From: Bugula neritina
Taxonomy: Eukaryota; Animalia; Bryozoa
Assembly (NCBI GenBank): GCA_964035545.1
Contig: OZ037771.1
Span: forward strand, 2,615,628-2,679,627
DNA length: 64,000 bases
Reading direction: 5' to 3'
Shown one piece after another: positions 44,401 to 59,400 of this stretch. The notes beneath the pieces are model-generated. The model saw only the letters and a program-made list of their open reading frames with translations. It did no database searches and was not told the origin of the DNA. The stretch's first letter is position 1. Each line of letters opens with the position of its first letter. The translations under genes and the position numbers were made by a program.

Positions 44401-47400
44401 TAAATACTAAACTTGATGGAAGTTTGATGTTAATGTGAGGGAACATTATGGGAGTTATGGTCAAATGGTTGAAGAAGATTCTTTGAAATTGTTACGTAAC
44501 TGGAATAAATTATAATTACTAGTATTTTATTAATTAACTTGTGTGAATAATTTTTCGAATATATTATTGGCATCAGTATCTAAATTTTACCGCCTTTCAT
44601 AGAAGAAGAAATACATAAACCTGTGATGCTGCATATTTGTTATGTAACTTGTCAATTATTGTAAGTTATGTAATATACATGTATTCAAAAAATCATCTTT
44701 CGCCTTGGAGATGGGGAAATTTTACTGTAACTTATTGTTTTGCAAATTTCAAGTCATGCACAAACTAAATTATATGCTATAATTATTACTGTAGACAATT
44801 TCTAGTATGCAGTATATTATTTTGTATTTCCAATCTATATTATATTATATCTAGTATGCAGTATATGATTGTATATACTCAGAAGATATTACATAGATAT
44901 TGCAAAGCATAGTAACTAAGCAATTCATGGGATCATCCAGTGTAGGCCCTTCGGATATTTCATTTACTTCTCCATTTTTTGTAAATATGAATTTATTAAT
45001 AAATTTGAATGTTTTGCAATTATTTATGTACATCCAAAAGTGTCACCATGGATAACATATAAGTGTAAGAGGCTATTTGCATGCATTGGTCTTTTGCAAT
45101 TTGTACTCAGTTGAGACCGGAAAAGGGGGGCATTTTTGAACCAGATGTAATTTGTACTCTTTGTACTCAGTTGATGTAATATGTAATAGCAAAAATGTCA
45201 ACTGCCACTTATTATTAAGTAAAAATCTTCTTTTTCTAATAACTACAAGCGATCACTAATAAATTACCAGTAAGATCAAAAGTTTATAATTTTTTACAAA
45301 ATAATTATACATTAAGAAAGTCCTTTCTTATTCTTATATTAACCTATCAACTATGAAGTTTTTTTCATGCTACTGTTGCTAATTTTTAATTCGAAATTCT
45401 GAGACAGCGAAATTATCATAGAATTAATATTAATTTGCTGATAAAGAAAGTTTTTGCTAATAATTTAATTATTGTATTAGTTTTAAGCCAATCATCAATC
45501 AAGCTCTGTTCCTACAGCAATCCTGCCAGGGTATGAATTTCATACTTGACCTTGAAGAAAATCAAGTTTTTTGTAGATTCTTTTTTGTGTTTTGACACGA
45601 TGTGGTTTCCCTTTCACCAACTCCTTAGTATTTCTCTATGCATATAAAGTTTAATCTAATAGCAGCTTTGTTGGGTTATGTAACAATGTTGCCTCCTTAT
45701 GATTGATGTAGATTGTTTAGGATTATATCTGCATATCTACATATAAGTATGCACCTCCCGTTAATCCTGCAAGATGTTACATAATCATGACAAGTCATTC
45801 TTCATCAGAATGATGGAATACTTTCGGAATACAAATGAATTATATTACATTATAATACGTGTTGCCACAATATATATGCATCTTTTTTCCTTCATGGTAA
45901 TAATAATTTGTTGTCATGAAGACAGCTCTACGACTGCATGCTGGCCAATTTTAACATAGCTCGTATAATTATACAGTGCAAATCTGTAGTTGAAGCATAT
46001 AATTTGTTTATACTCTAAAATGGATGCAAATGGCAGCTAGTAACACTACGTACTATAATATGTAGAAAGTCCATTGAACACGGGGAAATATTTAGTATAC
46101 TAAAGCTGCAGGTGTTTTTTGTTATAGAAATCACTTATATTGATATACTATTTGCTTTCGAAAAGACATTAAGCCCTCCGTTAATTAAGAATTGTTTAAA
46201 TGGGAAGATAACTCTTTCAACTGTGATATAGTCCGTTCAGCTTGTCGCAATAGTACTGACATAGATAATACTATTAGAATAAATCAATACTTTGTTAGAG
46301 ACCAGATGAGTTGGTGAAGAGAGGCAAGTATGTTGACGATCTGTTTGCCGTGATACCACAGTGTATACAAGCTATATTTCCCCAAATGGTGAGCTAATAC
46401 ATATATACATAGTCAACTCTACTTTCAATGAGGCTTCTGTTTAATTTATTGTGATACATGTAGCTAGATATACTTGCATAAGGTAATAGTATAATCGCTT
46501 TCCTTTATGACATTCCTTTAATTCTATTCAGTATCAAATATACTCTTAACAGCATAATGTTATTAAATTATTTCCATATATACAATGCGTGTATACTATC
46601 ATGCGAAGGTCAGTGCATATATTACTTGAGTGCTGTAACTAGGTTTCAGTTTTAGGCGCTTGCAAATTCGCATGACTTAGGTATAGCATTGTATAGTAGC
46701 ACTGTGGTGGTTGGTGGTGTTGTAGCAATACTGTCATGTGTATCTTGATTTGGGAGGACTCAAAGATGCCAACAGACGACCTTTTCCTAGCGGGCCAGTA
46801 GCCAGGTGAGTCATGCGCGCTGCTGCTGCCTACAAGCAGGTATAAATTCAGCTATTGCTTTCTCCTGACCATTCATCTGCTTAGAATCCTCAGAATTCCT
46901 TTGTAAGTAAGCATTGAGCCATTTGATGCACAACTACGCAGTGTGTTGTCTTGTTTGATGTTCACTACAGCTAGCACAGATACAGAAGGCTGTATTCTAT
47001 CCCTTCCCTTACCTGTTAGTAATTAGAAACTCGTGCTATGCAAAAAGTAGTAGCATAAAAAGGTCTGAATACCTGAGTAATTAGGTTATAATATTATGTA
47101 TGCATTCAGTCAGTCAGAATCTAGCTCTAAACATGCTACCTTGATAGTAAACAGCTCAGATATCTTTGGTATGATAATTAGAAACTGTAGTTCTTCTGCT
47201 AGTATTTATTGGATTAGTAGAGCTCAGCATACAGTGTCTCTGTGTGACAGCTTGGCTCTTGGCTAGGCTGTATTACTGCTACTACTATCAACTCTCTTCT
47301 AGTCTCTCTCTCTCTCTCTATTCATTATCTTTCAGTGAGTATGTGTTTACAGGTTGCTATTCTGCCTTATAGGTGATAGGAAGGAATAAAAGGTTGAATA

Positions 47401-50400
47401 TGAATCGCTATTATTTGACAAGATAGCAGAGTAGTCCTGTACTTTTTTTCTGTTTTTCACACTTATTGCATTTTATGTAAAATAACTGACTTAATCAAGC
47501 TAATATCTTATTTTATCTGTGCAATGTAAACATCATGTTAGGTTTGTGTTACTCGACTGGTTCATATTTGACGTCTGGTGAGTAGTAAGTGGTAAGAGAG
47601 TTCTACATTGTGTTTATCATTAGTTATATACTGTAGTACATACTGTAGTGTATACTGTAGTGTATACTGTAGTACATACTGTAGTGTATACTGTAGTGTA
47701 TACTGTAGTACATACTGTAGTGTATACTGTAGTACATACTGTAGTGTATACTGTAGTGTATACTGTAGTGTATACTGTAGTACATACTGTAGTGTATACT
47801 GTAGTGTATACTGTAGTGTATACTGTAATACATACTGTAGTGTACACTGTAGTGTATACTGTAGTGTACACTGTATAGTGTATACTCTAATACATACTAT
47901 ATATACATACTGGTGCTTATAGCTTGGTGTTACAGAGAGCTGATTGGATATAGAGAACTAAAACAGAATCTCAAGTTAGCTGCTGACGTTGAAGACCCTG
48001 TATTCAACATACTGAGTGTTTCCGTTAGCCCACATACTCTATTCCAGCTAGGTGGTAAGTTCACTGTCCCTTCTGCTCCTCCTTTTAGTTCATTCAATTA
48101 TTCTTAGGATTTTAGTCTAAACTCTGCCTTCATTTGAATAGAATCTGATTTCAAGGTATTGTCCGTCAGAATTCCTTCCACTTCTAAGGAAATGGTCACA
48201 TATTGTAAGATTACACTAGGCTGCCTGTTAGGCTAAGTTAGAAAACTGCATCACTCCTCAGACAGCATCAGTTGTTTTCTCCTGCTTATACGATTACGAT
48301 CTTTGAAAGCTTTTATGCTACAATACAAAAAATTAATATGTACTGTAGCTAAAAACTATTCACTTTTAAATGTCTTTTGACATCTAGCTCTTTTCTATGT
48401 CATTACAAGCTTGAGTTCCACTGAATTACTTTGAAATGAAATTAGACCATTTGGTAGAGGAAGATGTTTTATCAGTTTATTATGTAACATCAAGTGATTT
48501 CTTTTATGGGGCCATCTCACTGCACTATACACTATGTTCCTATATTATACATTATATTACTATATTCATATATTATGTTCCTATATTATACAGTGTATTA
48601 CTATATTATACACTATTTTCCTATATTATACAGTATATTACTATATTATACAGTATATTACTATATTATACAGTATATTACTATATTATGCAGTATATTA
48701 CTATATTATGCAGTATATTACTATATTATACAGTATATTCCTACATTATACAGTATATTCCTACGTTATACAACATATTCCTAAGTTATATAACAGTATA
48801 GGCTAATGTGTTCCAAGCTTTTTAACTCAACAAATATTATATGACAGAAGATTTCTAAGCTCTACTTTTAGTTTTTAATAATTCTTTGCATATCAAGTTG
48901 AACAACCAATTCCACATTAAACTAGGTGTTTTTCAATACCTACAGTATATATTTTCTACTCAAATAGGGGAGGGGGGGTAGGTCACTGTAGAACTACATC
49001 TATTAATGGTTGGAATTTTTTTGCCGGGTAACATTTATTCTTTTAAAAAGTGACGTACAATTTTAATCCTCTTATAGCATTCTACATTTAGCTGCCTCTG
49101 CTAGATCTTATCTGAAATGCGCAAAAAATGCAGAACTTTCTAGAAATTATAATTAAGTATAACCAGGGTTGTAGTCTAGGCAATACTGAGTTTGCCTGTT
49201 TATAAAAGTGGCGTGGGGGGCTCTAGAAGGAGGCATAAGAGGTGTTACTGTATCTCACTTTCTCCCCCTGTTCATCTGTTACGTAAAAGTACTTTTTGCA
49301 CCTTAATCTGTTATGGTTTTCTGTATTGTGCAATGATTGGCGGAGCCAGCGTAACCTGTCACTTTAACTTGCCCCAATAGACCATTGTGTTGAGTGTATA
49401 AGGCTTCAGGCTTACTACAGTCTAACTGTTTTATGATAACCGTAATAAAATGCTGTGACTAGGTACTATTCCATTTACACATTTTTATATCTTATCTCTA
49501 TTATTGTTTAATATACTGTTTATCTTCGTTGGTGTCTAGTAATTAAACGGATAATACGATAATTGGCTTATGCAATGGGTAATCGTCTGCACTCTTCAGC
49601 TTAGTTCTCCAGCCACTCATTAGCAGTGTTACATAACAGGATATCTGCACCAATAGCCATGTGCTATTTCTGCTGAACTTAAAAAACCTGTTTAAGAGCT
49701 TCCTGTGTTGAAAGATAGCAATAATGCCAACAACTTTGTGCTACATATCGGAAATCGTTGCTACAATGCTTAGGTAGATTGGTAGCTAAATAGGGGGGTC
49801 GGAATTTTTTTAAATATCCTATTTCAAATAAATTTTCTATATTTAGTTCGAAAGAAATACAGCTTCTCACATTAATAGCTGCTAGTATTAACACAAAATT
49901 TTAAATGTGGAGACTGCTTTGTTTAGGTGGAAGTAACTTCTTATGTTACTAATATTCAAAAGTCAATTATTTTTGTCCTGCCTTTGATATTGATTATCCA
50001 TCTCTGATTATTGGATCCCATAGTTGTTTGGGTAAAACCCTTCTTTTTTCTGTTGGAGTCCTTCACTGACTCACAAGGATCCTAAGTCTAAGACCAGCCA
50101 CCATATTTCTTAATCTTGGATCCATTGTTTTACAATGACTTTTCCTTGTATGGTTGGTCTGTAGGACTAAGCTGGCATACAACTATGCTATAGTCAACTA
50201 GTGTCACAGCTGTACTCCATTATTTTAAAAAGTAAATCGGGTTATAATTTGATTCGGAACCTACAGACTATGCATTTTGAGCTATTGCCTATTTCATTTA
50301 ACTAAATTAGTATTACAACTTGCTGTTGTACTGTCTACTAATATATTGGTCCACATATTTTCATATTATCAATAGAATGTTGAAGAATATTATTTTATCA

Positions 50401-53400
50401 ATAAGAATGAAATCAACCAGTCCCAACAGAACTTCTAGCTCATTTTTCCTTAGAAATTTACAATTTTATTTCATAGCCACTGTGACCCTGAGTTTGCCCC
50501 CTTTTCATGAGGGTTTTTCCATTACGTTGATGTAGGTTGAGTTGCACCTCTTTAATAGCTCATTAATTAGACAAAGGCTATTTCAATCATTTGTTTATAA
50601 TTAATTAAAAATGGTGAGGCTAGATTTGTTTGCATAACTGAGACTAATGGACTGTCACCCTGGCACTAACTGGCTGCTATATATTCTTCTATGTGCAGGT
50701 CAAATGCTGCTGTCATCCCTTCCACTATAAACACAGAGGCAGCTCTTCTCCGATTCTAAAGACTCGGTCTCTTTGCTTTATTCTGTTACTAAGGATCTCA
50801 AAGTTGCTGTTAAACGAATTGCTGTTCAAAGTTTTTAGAATTACTCGTTTTATTTTATAGTTTTATAGTTATATATTTGAAGTTTTCTGTCTTTCACCAC
50901 CACTGCATTACATATTTACAAATAATTTATTCATCAGTTAATTTACTCTCTTGGACATTTTTGCTGTAATTCAGAAATTTAGCTGCACATGTCTTATCTT
51001 ATATTAATAATTGTGTATATATTGTTATACTTCAGGCTATTACACAGTGCTATACTTGATGCTATGTCATACTATTGTTACTATACTATTGTTGCTAATT
51101 CCATGCTATCTTTGCTTTTCAGTTAGCTATCTACCAGTATTCAATTCCCTTCGTGGTCATCCCGTAGCTGTTATCCTGGTGAGTATCCAGTCTGAATCAT
51201 TTAATTTGTTTTAGTAATTTCACTTTATGTAATATAAATTATCTGTACAGTCATATCAAAGATGGGTCACAATATGTTGTTGCCAAAAGTCATTTTTGCC
51301 AATCACGCAATGTTATAGATTTTGTCATGGTGTGTTTGAAGTCCCAGCTGCATGTCGTAGTGCTGTTTACTGACTCTATCATATTCTCATCTGCGGGTAT
51401 TGGGAGTAGATGCAGTGGATAACTACAGGCTGTCCTCTGCTGGTAATTTCCCTGCTGTTGGCTGCATTTAATTAACATTTGTTTATAGTTTGTTAATGAA
51501 CATATCGAAGTAGATGAGGCAAAGGGTTGCTCCATCCAGACATTTAATGAAGCCGTAAGTATAATAAACTTACTGCTACTTGTACTACTACTTTTCTAGA
51601 ATCGGTAAAAGCTTTTCTATTTTATTAAATATCTACTTTCTTAACTTAATGGGTTTGTAAGGCGTTTTGATTGCTTTTTAACTTGCCACATTTAAGATTA
51701 TTAATGTTCTACATAAATCATACAGCTGTTAGTTACGTAACTGCACTGCAATCTTTATCCTGGTGCCAGAATGAAATAGGAGTTTCATCGGAAATCAATG
51801 GTCCATGTATTTGCAATTTGCACTTAGGAATGATGGTAGTTTATTATTAATACAAGTTGGTATAATTCCTTACCTTGAAGTAAGATATGGTAAGTAACTG
51901 ACCGCCATGACTTGAAGACTTGGTGTGTGAAAAAATTGGTGTCACTGTGTTTAGACCAAAACTCTTGATCCCTGAAGATAAAGGGCAGAGGGTGGTATAC
52001 CAGAGTATCTTTGGACAGTGCTACAAAGCATTATCATTTTGTATATTTAGTATTACATCAAGGTTTGCTGAGTAACTTTTTAATCATTGTTGTCTATCAA
52101 GTGAGGGTGGGTTGGTACGCCATCTTCAATTGTGTGAGAAATAATTCAATAGCAGCTACGTCTGTCAAAAGACACAATCATGCAGTTCATTGCAATTAAC
52201 TTACCTTTCACTAAATTAATTCAATTTCAATATAATTCAATTTAGATAAATTCATCAATAGGGTTTCATGATGATGAAGCCTGTTGGTGGATTGTGAGTG
52301 TGGAATGCTTTAGCACATACACGCAGCTGCTAAACTAGTTATCATAATATGATTTACTTCATAGCAAATGGAAATTGTCTTTTCTCCGGCCACATGCACA
52401 TTCTGATTCAACATGATAATAGTATAGAGGCTAACAATATGGTATTTGAATTTTTTCGGTTTATTTGAATTACAGAAAACATGAAATTTTACTTCAAAAC
52501 TAATTCATAAGTTTAGTTGGACTGCAGAAAACCTGAAATTTTACTTCAAAACTAATTCACAAGTTTTTAGAATCTATAAAAATTCAAATTTATGAATTGC
52601 AGCTATAATTATGTTTTAGGAAATTTGTCAAAAAATTCTGTTCCAAATGCCAGTTTGACACGAGTAGAAATTGCCTGCTCACTAAATTTCATCCTTCCGT
52701 TTAGTTTAACTCATCCGGAGATTACGCCAGGCCCCTGTTTAAGTGTGTCTTAACACCAGTTTGTTTAATTATATTTATAAGAGAGCTGTCACCACTTAGC
52801 CTGTAAGAGCTAAATCAATAACTCCAACACCGTACGAATGTAGCAGTATGTCTAGAGTATATAGCAGTATGTCTAGAGTGTATAGCAGTATGTCTAGAGT
52901 ATATAGCAGTATGTCTAGAGTATATAGCAGTATGTCTAGAGTATATAGCAGTATGTCTAGAGTATATAGCAGTATGTCTAGAGTGTATAGCAGTATGTCT
53001 AGAGTATATAGCAGTATGTCTAGAGTATATAGCAGTATGTCTAGAGTATATAGCAGTATGTCTAGAGTATATAGCAGTATGTCTAGAGTGTATAGCAGTA
53101 TGTCTAGAGTATATAGCAGTATGTCTAGAGTATATAGCAGTATGTCTAGAGTATATAGCAGTATGTCTAGAGTATATAGCAGTATGTCTAGAGTGTATAG
53201 CAGTATGTCTAGAGTATATAGCAGTATGTCTAGAGTATATAGCAGTATGTCTAGAGTGTATAGCAGTATGTCTAGAGTATATAGCAGTATGTCTAGAGTA
53301 TATAGCAGTATGTCTAGACTCTAGAGTATATAGCAGTATGTCTAGAGTATGTAGGTGTAGTGTATGTAGCAGTAGGTGTATTGTATGTAACAGTAAGTGT

Positions 53401-56400
53401 AGTGTATGTAGCAGTAAGTGTAGTGTATGTAGCAGTAGGTGTAGTGTATGTAGCAGTAAGTGTAGTGTATGTAGCAGTAGGTGTAGTGTATGTAGCAGTA
53501 GGTGTAGTGTATGTAACAGTAAGTATAGTGTATGTAGCAGTAGGTAGGTGTATTGTATGGAACAGTAAGTGTATCTATTCAGGTCTGTTGTTTATTCTGT
53601 AGTTATCTGAGAAGATTGGGAACATGGAGTCACAGTACTATTCCTCCACACTCTCCTTGCTAGGTGAGCTTTATGTCTTCACCCTAAACCTTCACTCAGC
53701 TAAATGCAGGGGCTATAGCACTGCTATGTGCTGCAAGGCTGGAATAATAGTGCATTACAGTTATGTTTTATACACTCTTTTATTTATCCATCAGCTCTAT
53801 TTAGTCAATATGCTTTTAAAAAATTTGGTATAGCCTATAGCTCAGTTTAGCTTGTGGCCCAGTCTAGCCTATGGCATCAGACTGACCTTGAACTGCAGGT
53901 AGCTGTTTATGTTTTCTTGTTATTTCTGGCAGCTGTCGTGCTGCTGTAACTACTTGACCATCTGACCCCTGGTCAGCACAAAGCTTGTTAGGCTGTGGGA
54001 ATCAATGATTATGCCATTTGCAATCCCATTATAGAATATTATGTAATGATGACACTTGATAGAGTATTTAGCAATAGGCTATGATAAAATTCTTACTTCT
54101 AGATCAATAAACATGCAGTTGCTTTAATTTACCTACTGTATACTACTTCAGAGTCTTATTTCCAACATCACTACTTGTTTAAGGGTGTTGCCTAAATTCT
54201 TATGTATATACTTTATAACTGTTACTTAGATTGCATTGTTTTAGGGGTTAGGGGTCTTTCTGCTTGTTTAAAACTGAGCACTGATAGACTTTGGTTATTG
54301 AATCACTCAAGCTTTTAAATATTATTTGTGCAAAAACTAGCTACTGTTTTCTGGCTATCGCCGAAACAGATTGAAGTTCTAATTATTAAACCTCTAATTT
54401 AACATACGTTTGATATATGGACAGAAAAATGAATAATTATTGCATATTATAAATGCCTAATGAATTATGAGTTGATTTTATTCCTTGCCGGTTTTTTCAT
54501 CACATTTATGCTGATAAAAAAACTTTACTATGATAACACGAAATACAAAACAAATTATGTTGTTATTAGCTATGAAAACTACCAGTATTATGTAATCACA
54601 CAGTAACCAATACATATGTAGATGATGAATCTGTCAACATTTCTGATTTCTTGTAAAAAACAACTCGTGCTAAAATAGGTTGCGATGTTTCGGATGTTTG
54701 CCAATTGTTATGTAACACTCATGTAAATCAGAATTGGTAATTTATGGTATGATTATATATTCATGAATGTCAAGTTGGCATGTGACATGACGAAGCTGCA
54801 TTTAATGCAAATTAATAAATATTTATATTTCTACTAGAAACACAAAAATAGAATTATTCTTTGAAATCGGTCCCAAATTTCCATTCACTGTGTAGTATTT
54901 TAAATTGCGTCTATAAGAGTGTCATGAATTCCTGAGACCCATTGGTGTCTCCATTACTGACATGAGCTTCTAATTTCTTCCGGGCTTTGTCTTTTATCTT
55001 CTAGCTCAAAAATATATGCACGCGTTTGACACTATTCCATTTGCAAAACCAAAGTTTATATATCAGCTATTTAAAGGACAGTTCATATTCTTCTACTCTT
55101 TTCTGTGTTTTACTCACACGGTGTGCTGGGAGGACCCTTTGACCCAAAAAAAAAAATATTATTCTAATACTTTTAAAGATTTACTTTAGTAGCAGTTTTG
55201 CCTCTCACTAGTTGATGTTTATTGCAGTTAGTGTTTCAGCTGGGAAATCACTCTGAAACATGTAGCTTTGCACTGCAATAAAATTCTACTGAGTAAATGC
55301 ATTCAAATATTACTAAAAGTAGATAGGTTAGACTTTAGAAAATAGTATTGTACATCGTAATTATAGCAAAAACCTACCATTGCTGCTCTTTACCTTTTGA
55401 GTTCAACGTGATGTGGTGTATTATATAATTTACTGTTAACTATTACAGTCGTATTGTTTAGGAAATAATCCTTTATAATCTCAAGCTAATCTAAATTACT
55501 GCCGGACTTTTTTGCAGAGTGTAGGATATGTTCTGAGAGTAGAATAAATTGTTTTCACTACAGTACTTTAAATTGGATATTTTATCTGGATTTTTATATT
55601 TACGGAATTTTTCACGATATCTAATAATAGTTCATGTTTAAACAATCTTCCTTTAACACTGCATATTTAGATTCTACAAAGTCTTTAGAAATTAAAAAAA
55701 AATTATCATAGCTTTATTTTATGAATATAAATATAGAATATTTATGGAAACTATTTATGAAAATTTTGATCCCAGTTTAATTTGACCTACTAATCTTTGG
55801 GGGGGGGGGGGGGGGGTTCATGGTCAGAATTTAGGTGTTAAATTACTTTATATGACAAATTCAGCACTAGAGATATTACCTCATGTTCCAGCGTTTTAGC
55901 CCATGCTGCTGCTGCTGCTGCATGATCCATGCGTCTACTTGCTACTATCACCTCTTCATACAAACAATATTTCTTATAAAAATATGTTTATAGAAAAATA
56001 TTTAATACAAGTAACCATAGCTTTTTTGGGTCTTGTTATTAATAAATTAGAAAGGGGTTGATATTGTAAAAGGACAGATATATTTTCTAAATTTTTGATA
56101 ATAAAGTTCTGCGTAATCACATTCCCAAATAGAATATCAAATAAGGCTAAACATCTGAACGATGAAAAACTGCAATATAGTCAAACCAATTATTTCTCTC
56201 ACGGTTACTTGAAACTAATTGGTGCAATTGCTCATGTTTTAATATCAAATTTAGGAAATTGCGTCAATAATCAAATTTAAAAAATTCGCTGACCAGGGTG
56301 ATATTGATGCACACTTGCAAAGTGCTGTCTGAAATAACCCTCACTCTAACTTTCACAAATAACATAAATTTTATACTTCTCAGGCTATAATATATTATAC

Positions 56401-59400
56401 TACCCTTTTACGTTTGCTGACTTCGTGTGTACTATTAAAAAAATTAAATAGTTGCGTACGCAATCTAAAAATATTTTATATAAGCAGTTATTTTTCTTTT
56501 AACCTTGCACCTTAATTACATCAACTTGAATCAATTACGTAATTAATTTATGTAAATATACCAGATGTTATCTTAAGATCTGTCTACTGTTGCTGAACTT
56601 GTAGGTTTCTAGCAAAAAATGTACATCACTTCTTTTGAAATTGTTACAAATGCGTGGTAAACTTTGCATCAAAGGTTTAGAAATAGATTGGTCGACTTTA
56701 CTTTAGTTTATCTGGTAGCACCGGTGTGCCTACGATATGTTTTGGTAATTCGATAGGTTTGCCGAGGGTTGCCATTTTACCTGTCAAGTAATCGGAAATC
56801 TTGTCAAGAATGTTGTATCAAATGTTTTGCTGATCAAAACAAGTGGTTATGTAACATCTGTTACCACTATTTAATGGATATTTTTTTTATCTAATTAAGG
56901 CTGTATAAATATTGTTAAATTGCCATTACTTGACTTTGAAAAGTCTTGAGTAATTCCAATTAGTGTCAACTGTTCGTTATTTGATATGCCAAGCTGATTC
57001 AAACAAATTTAATTATAATGTTGAGCTGGTTTTTGTGCTACTGTTTTCACCAGTAAACTTCATGATAGTTACACTTCCTAATACTAAATATCTGAGTCAT
57101 TTTTGCCAGGCAATGTTATTGTTTCAATGCTAGAATAATTTAATCATTTTTTCTTTTCCAGCTGAGCTTTCTTCCATTGATGACAACATATCCCTGGGTC
57201 AACTAACAGTTGTACAGCATGTAAGTGTGGCCATATCTTCTATTTACCAATTAGGTTCTGAAAAATGTAACAATCAATTTGTGAAAATCAAATTTGCCAA
57301 TCATTTTAATATCCTTATGATGGACAGTTGCAATTAAATGAGAATTATATGAAATATTTTAATGAAAAATTAATTTATTATATCCACCCTACGATTTTTA
57401 TTGCTTGTAATTTATTTTATTCGAGGTTACCTTTTTTATTACAGGAATAGTATTTATGTGTATCAATTTATGCAAGCATCAATCCTATTCCAACATGCTA
57501 CTAATTAGATTTGACTGATGAAAGATGTAGACAGCTGATGAACCCAGTCTAAAATCGTTCAAAATGAATAATTACTAATAGCCTTTCACCACTCTTATAC
57601 TACTCGTTCTATGAGTAAAAAGATTGGACAGTAGAATGAGAGCTGTAGGGTGATATGTGACGCAACTGCTTGCTTTTTAAAGATGATAACGATATAGAAA
57701 CAATAAACCCCCACTGTGAATCATCTCCCCACTGCACTATACATATGGTGCTTCAACATTCTTTTTACTTCCAAAGCTTTATATGTGAAAGAGGCTTAAT
57801 AAATCACTCGCAGTTAAAGCTGGGTCACAATTAGAAAGGACACCCTTGTGGAGTTGGAAATGTCATCCACAAAAAACAACTGGTTTATATCTAAAACCAC
57901 AAGTCTAAACTTGCAAACTCACACAAAGAATAGATCAAAGTTAAAGCTTTACTCAAGCACCTTTGATACAGCTCTCACATCCAAACTCCTCCTACCTCAA
58001 CTGGTGGTTTTGTTTTTTATTGAGTGAAACTTTTCTCGTTTGTCACCTAAAGGTGTAGAAGTGTTTACAGCATGTTGTGCTTTGTCTCAGCTTGCACCAT
58101 TCAACAAGAATACCAGTGGTGGAGAGCTCTGCTCCAGTCAATATTAAGCTGGTAGTATTATATAGGAATTGGTCTGCATTCATCACTAGTTGCGTCACGC
58201 CTGACAATTTAATAGGTCATTTCCTGTCCATTTATAATTTATTACCTGTTTGGTGTGAGTCAAATTGAGCCAGTCTGGTCTTGTAAAAGCAAAGCTTCAC
58301 TAACTGCGGATGCCAAATTCAAAAACTGTAAAATATCTTCTCACTAACAAAAATAAATTTCAATTTAATGTCAATACCAACCGTCTAACCTTTATAAGTT
58401 GTCTTCTTTTTACAAGTTTGTACCTGTGGAAAACCTACTCAGATGTGATATTATAGATAAGGATAATATAGCCTTTGGTAGGAATTCTTGAAGATACTTC
58501 TAACTGAGGCTGGAGTGTATTTGATTTGAATTTAAATCCATAATTTAGGATTTTATTAGGTTTTGGTCACACATGTGGCTTAGAGCTTTGCAACTTGAGA
58601 ATCTTCCTCATTGATTTACTCTCTCTCCTAATTTTCATTAAATTTATAGTTGCCCGTCTAATTTAATTTCATTAATCATGGGACACCTGGATGGGCAGAT
58701 TAAAGGGCTATCTCTTATAAAATAGTCATTAATTAGCTCTGAGATATTTGTCATCTTGCACAAACAGATTTAAAAAAACCATGAAACTGGTAAGTAATCC
58801 CTTTGAAGGTACTTGCACTGTGATAGAGGTAAAGGACTTCCGGTGCAGTTTGATTCCTTAATTGTGCAAAAAGCATTGACTTGTTTTTTCATTTAAATGT
58901 CAACAGAGCTTTAAGATAATTGAGGTTTACCCACTACCTTAAAACAGCCCCTCAAACTAGCCCCTCACAATGGCTCCCCAAAATAGCTCCTTAAAATGCC
59001 TAGGTGTTTGTTTGAAATTATATTCTTAGGACTGAGCATATTAAAACGCTACAGTGTATAATTATGTAGAAGGCTACATCTATCCTTAAAGTATTCAAGG
59101 TCGTCTTTTAAAGAAAATCAATTTGCAGAAATAATATTTGAATGCTCTGTAGATTAACACATTTTGCTTATAATTTTGTGCCAATCTTTGCACTTCTTTC
59201 AGTGGCAAATCTTTAGGCATTTATGAGAAAAGTGGAGCCATGCAAAACTGTAAATAATACTTTGGGCTTCGAGTGTTTTATTCCCAAAGTTTCAGCGGTG
59301 TATAACAGTCTAAACCAGTGTAATGGCTGGCTTATCCAGGGTCAATAAGATTTAGAATTTGGGTTTAGAAAAAATATAAGAATAAAGATATTCATAAATA

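Noticed and set aside
45481-47577. Possible extra PDE2 exons 45481-45530 and 47542-47577
   Set aside because: Order and phase conflict with the better chain 46299-46388 / 46726-46805 / 47936-48054.
47608-48806. YCSV/YTVV/YYII repeat ORFs
   Set aside because: Translation of 12-bp and 20-bp minisatellites.
52848-53602. 158-aa MSRVYSS repeat ORF and neighbouring Cys/Val repeat ORFs
   Set aside because: By-products of 21-bp minisatellites inside an intron. Not a CRISPR array either, since there are no unique spacers.
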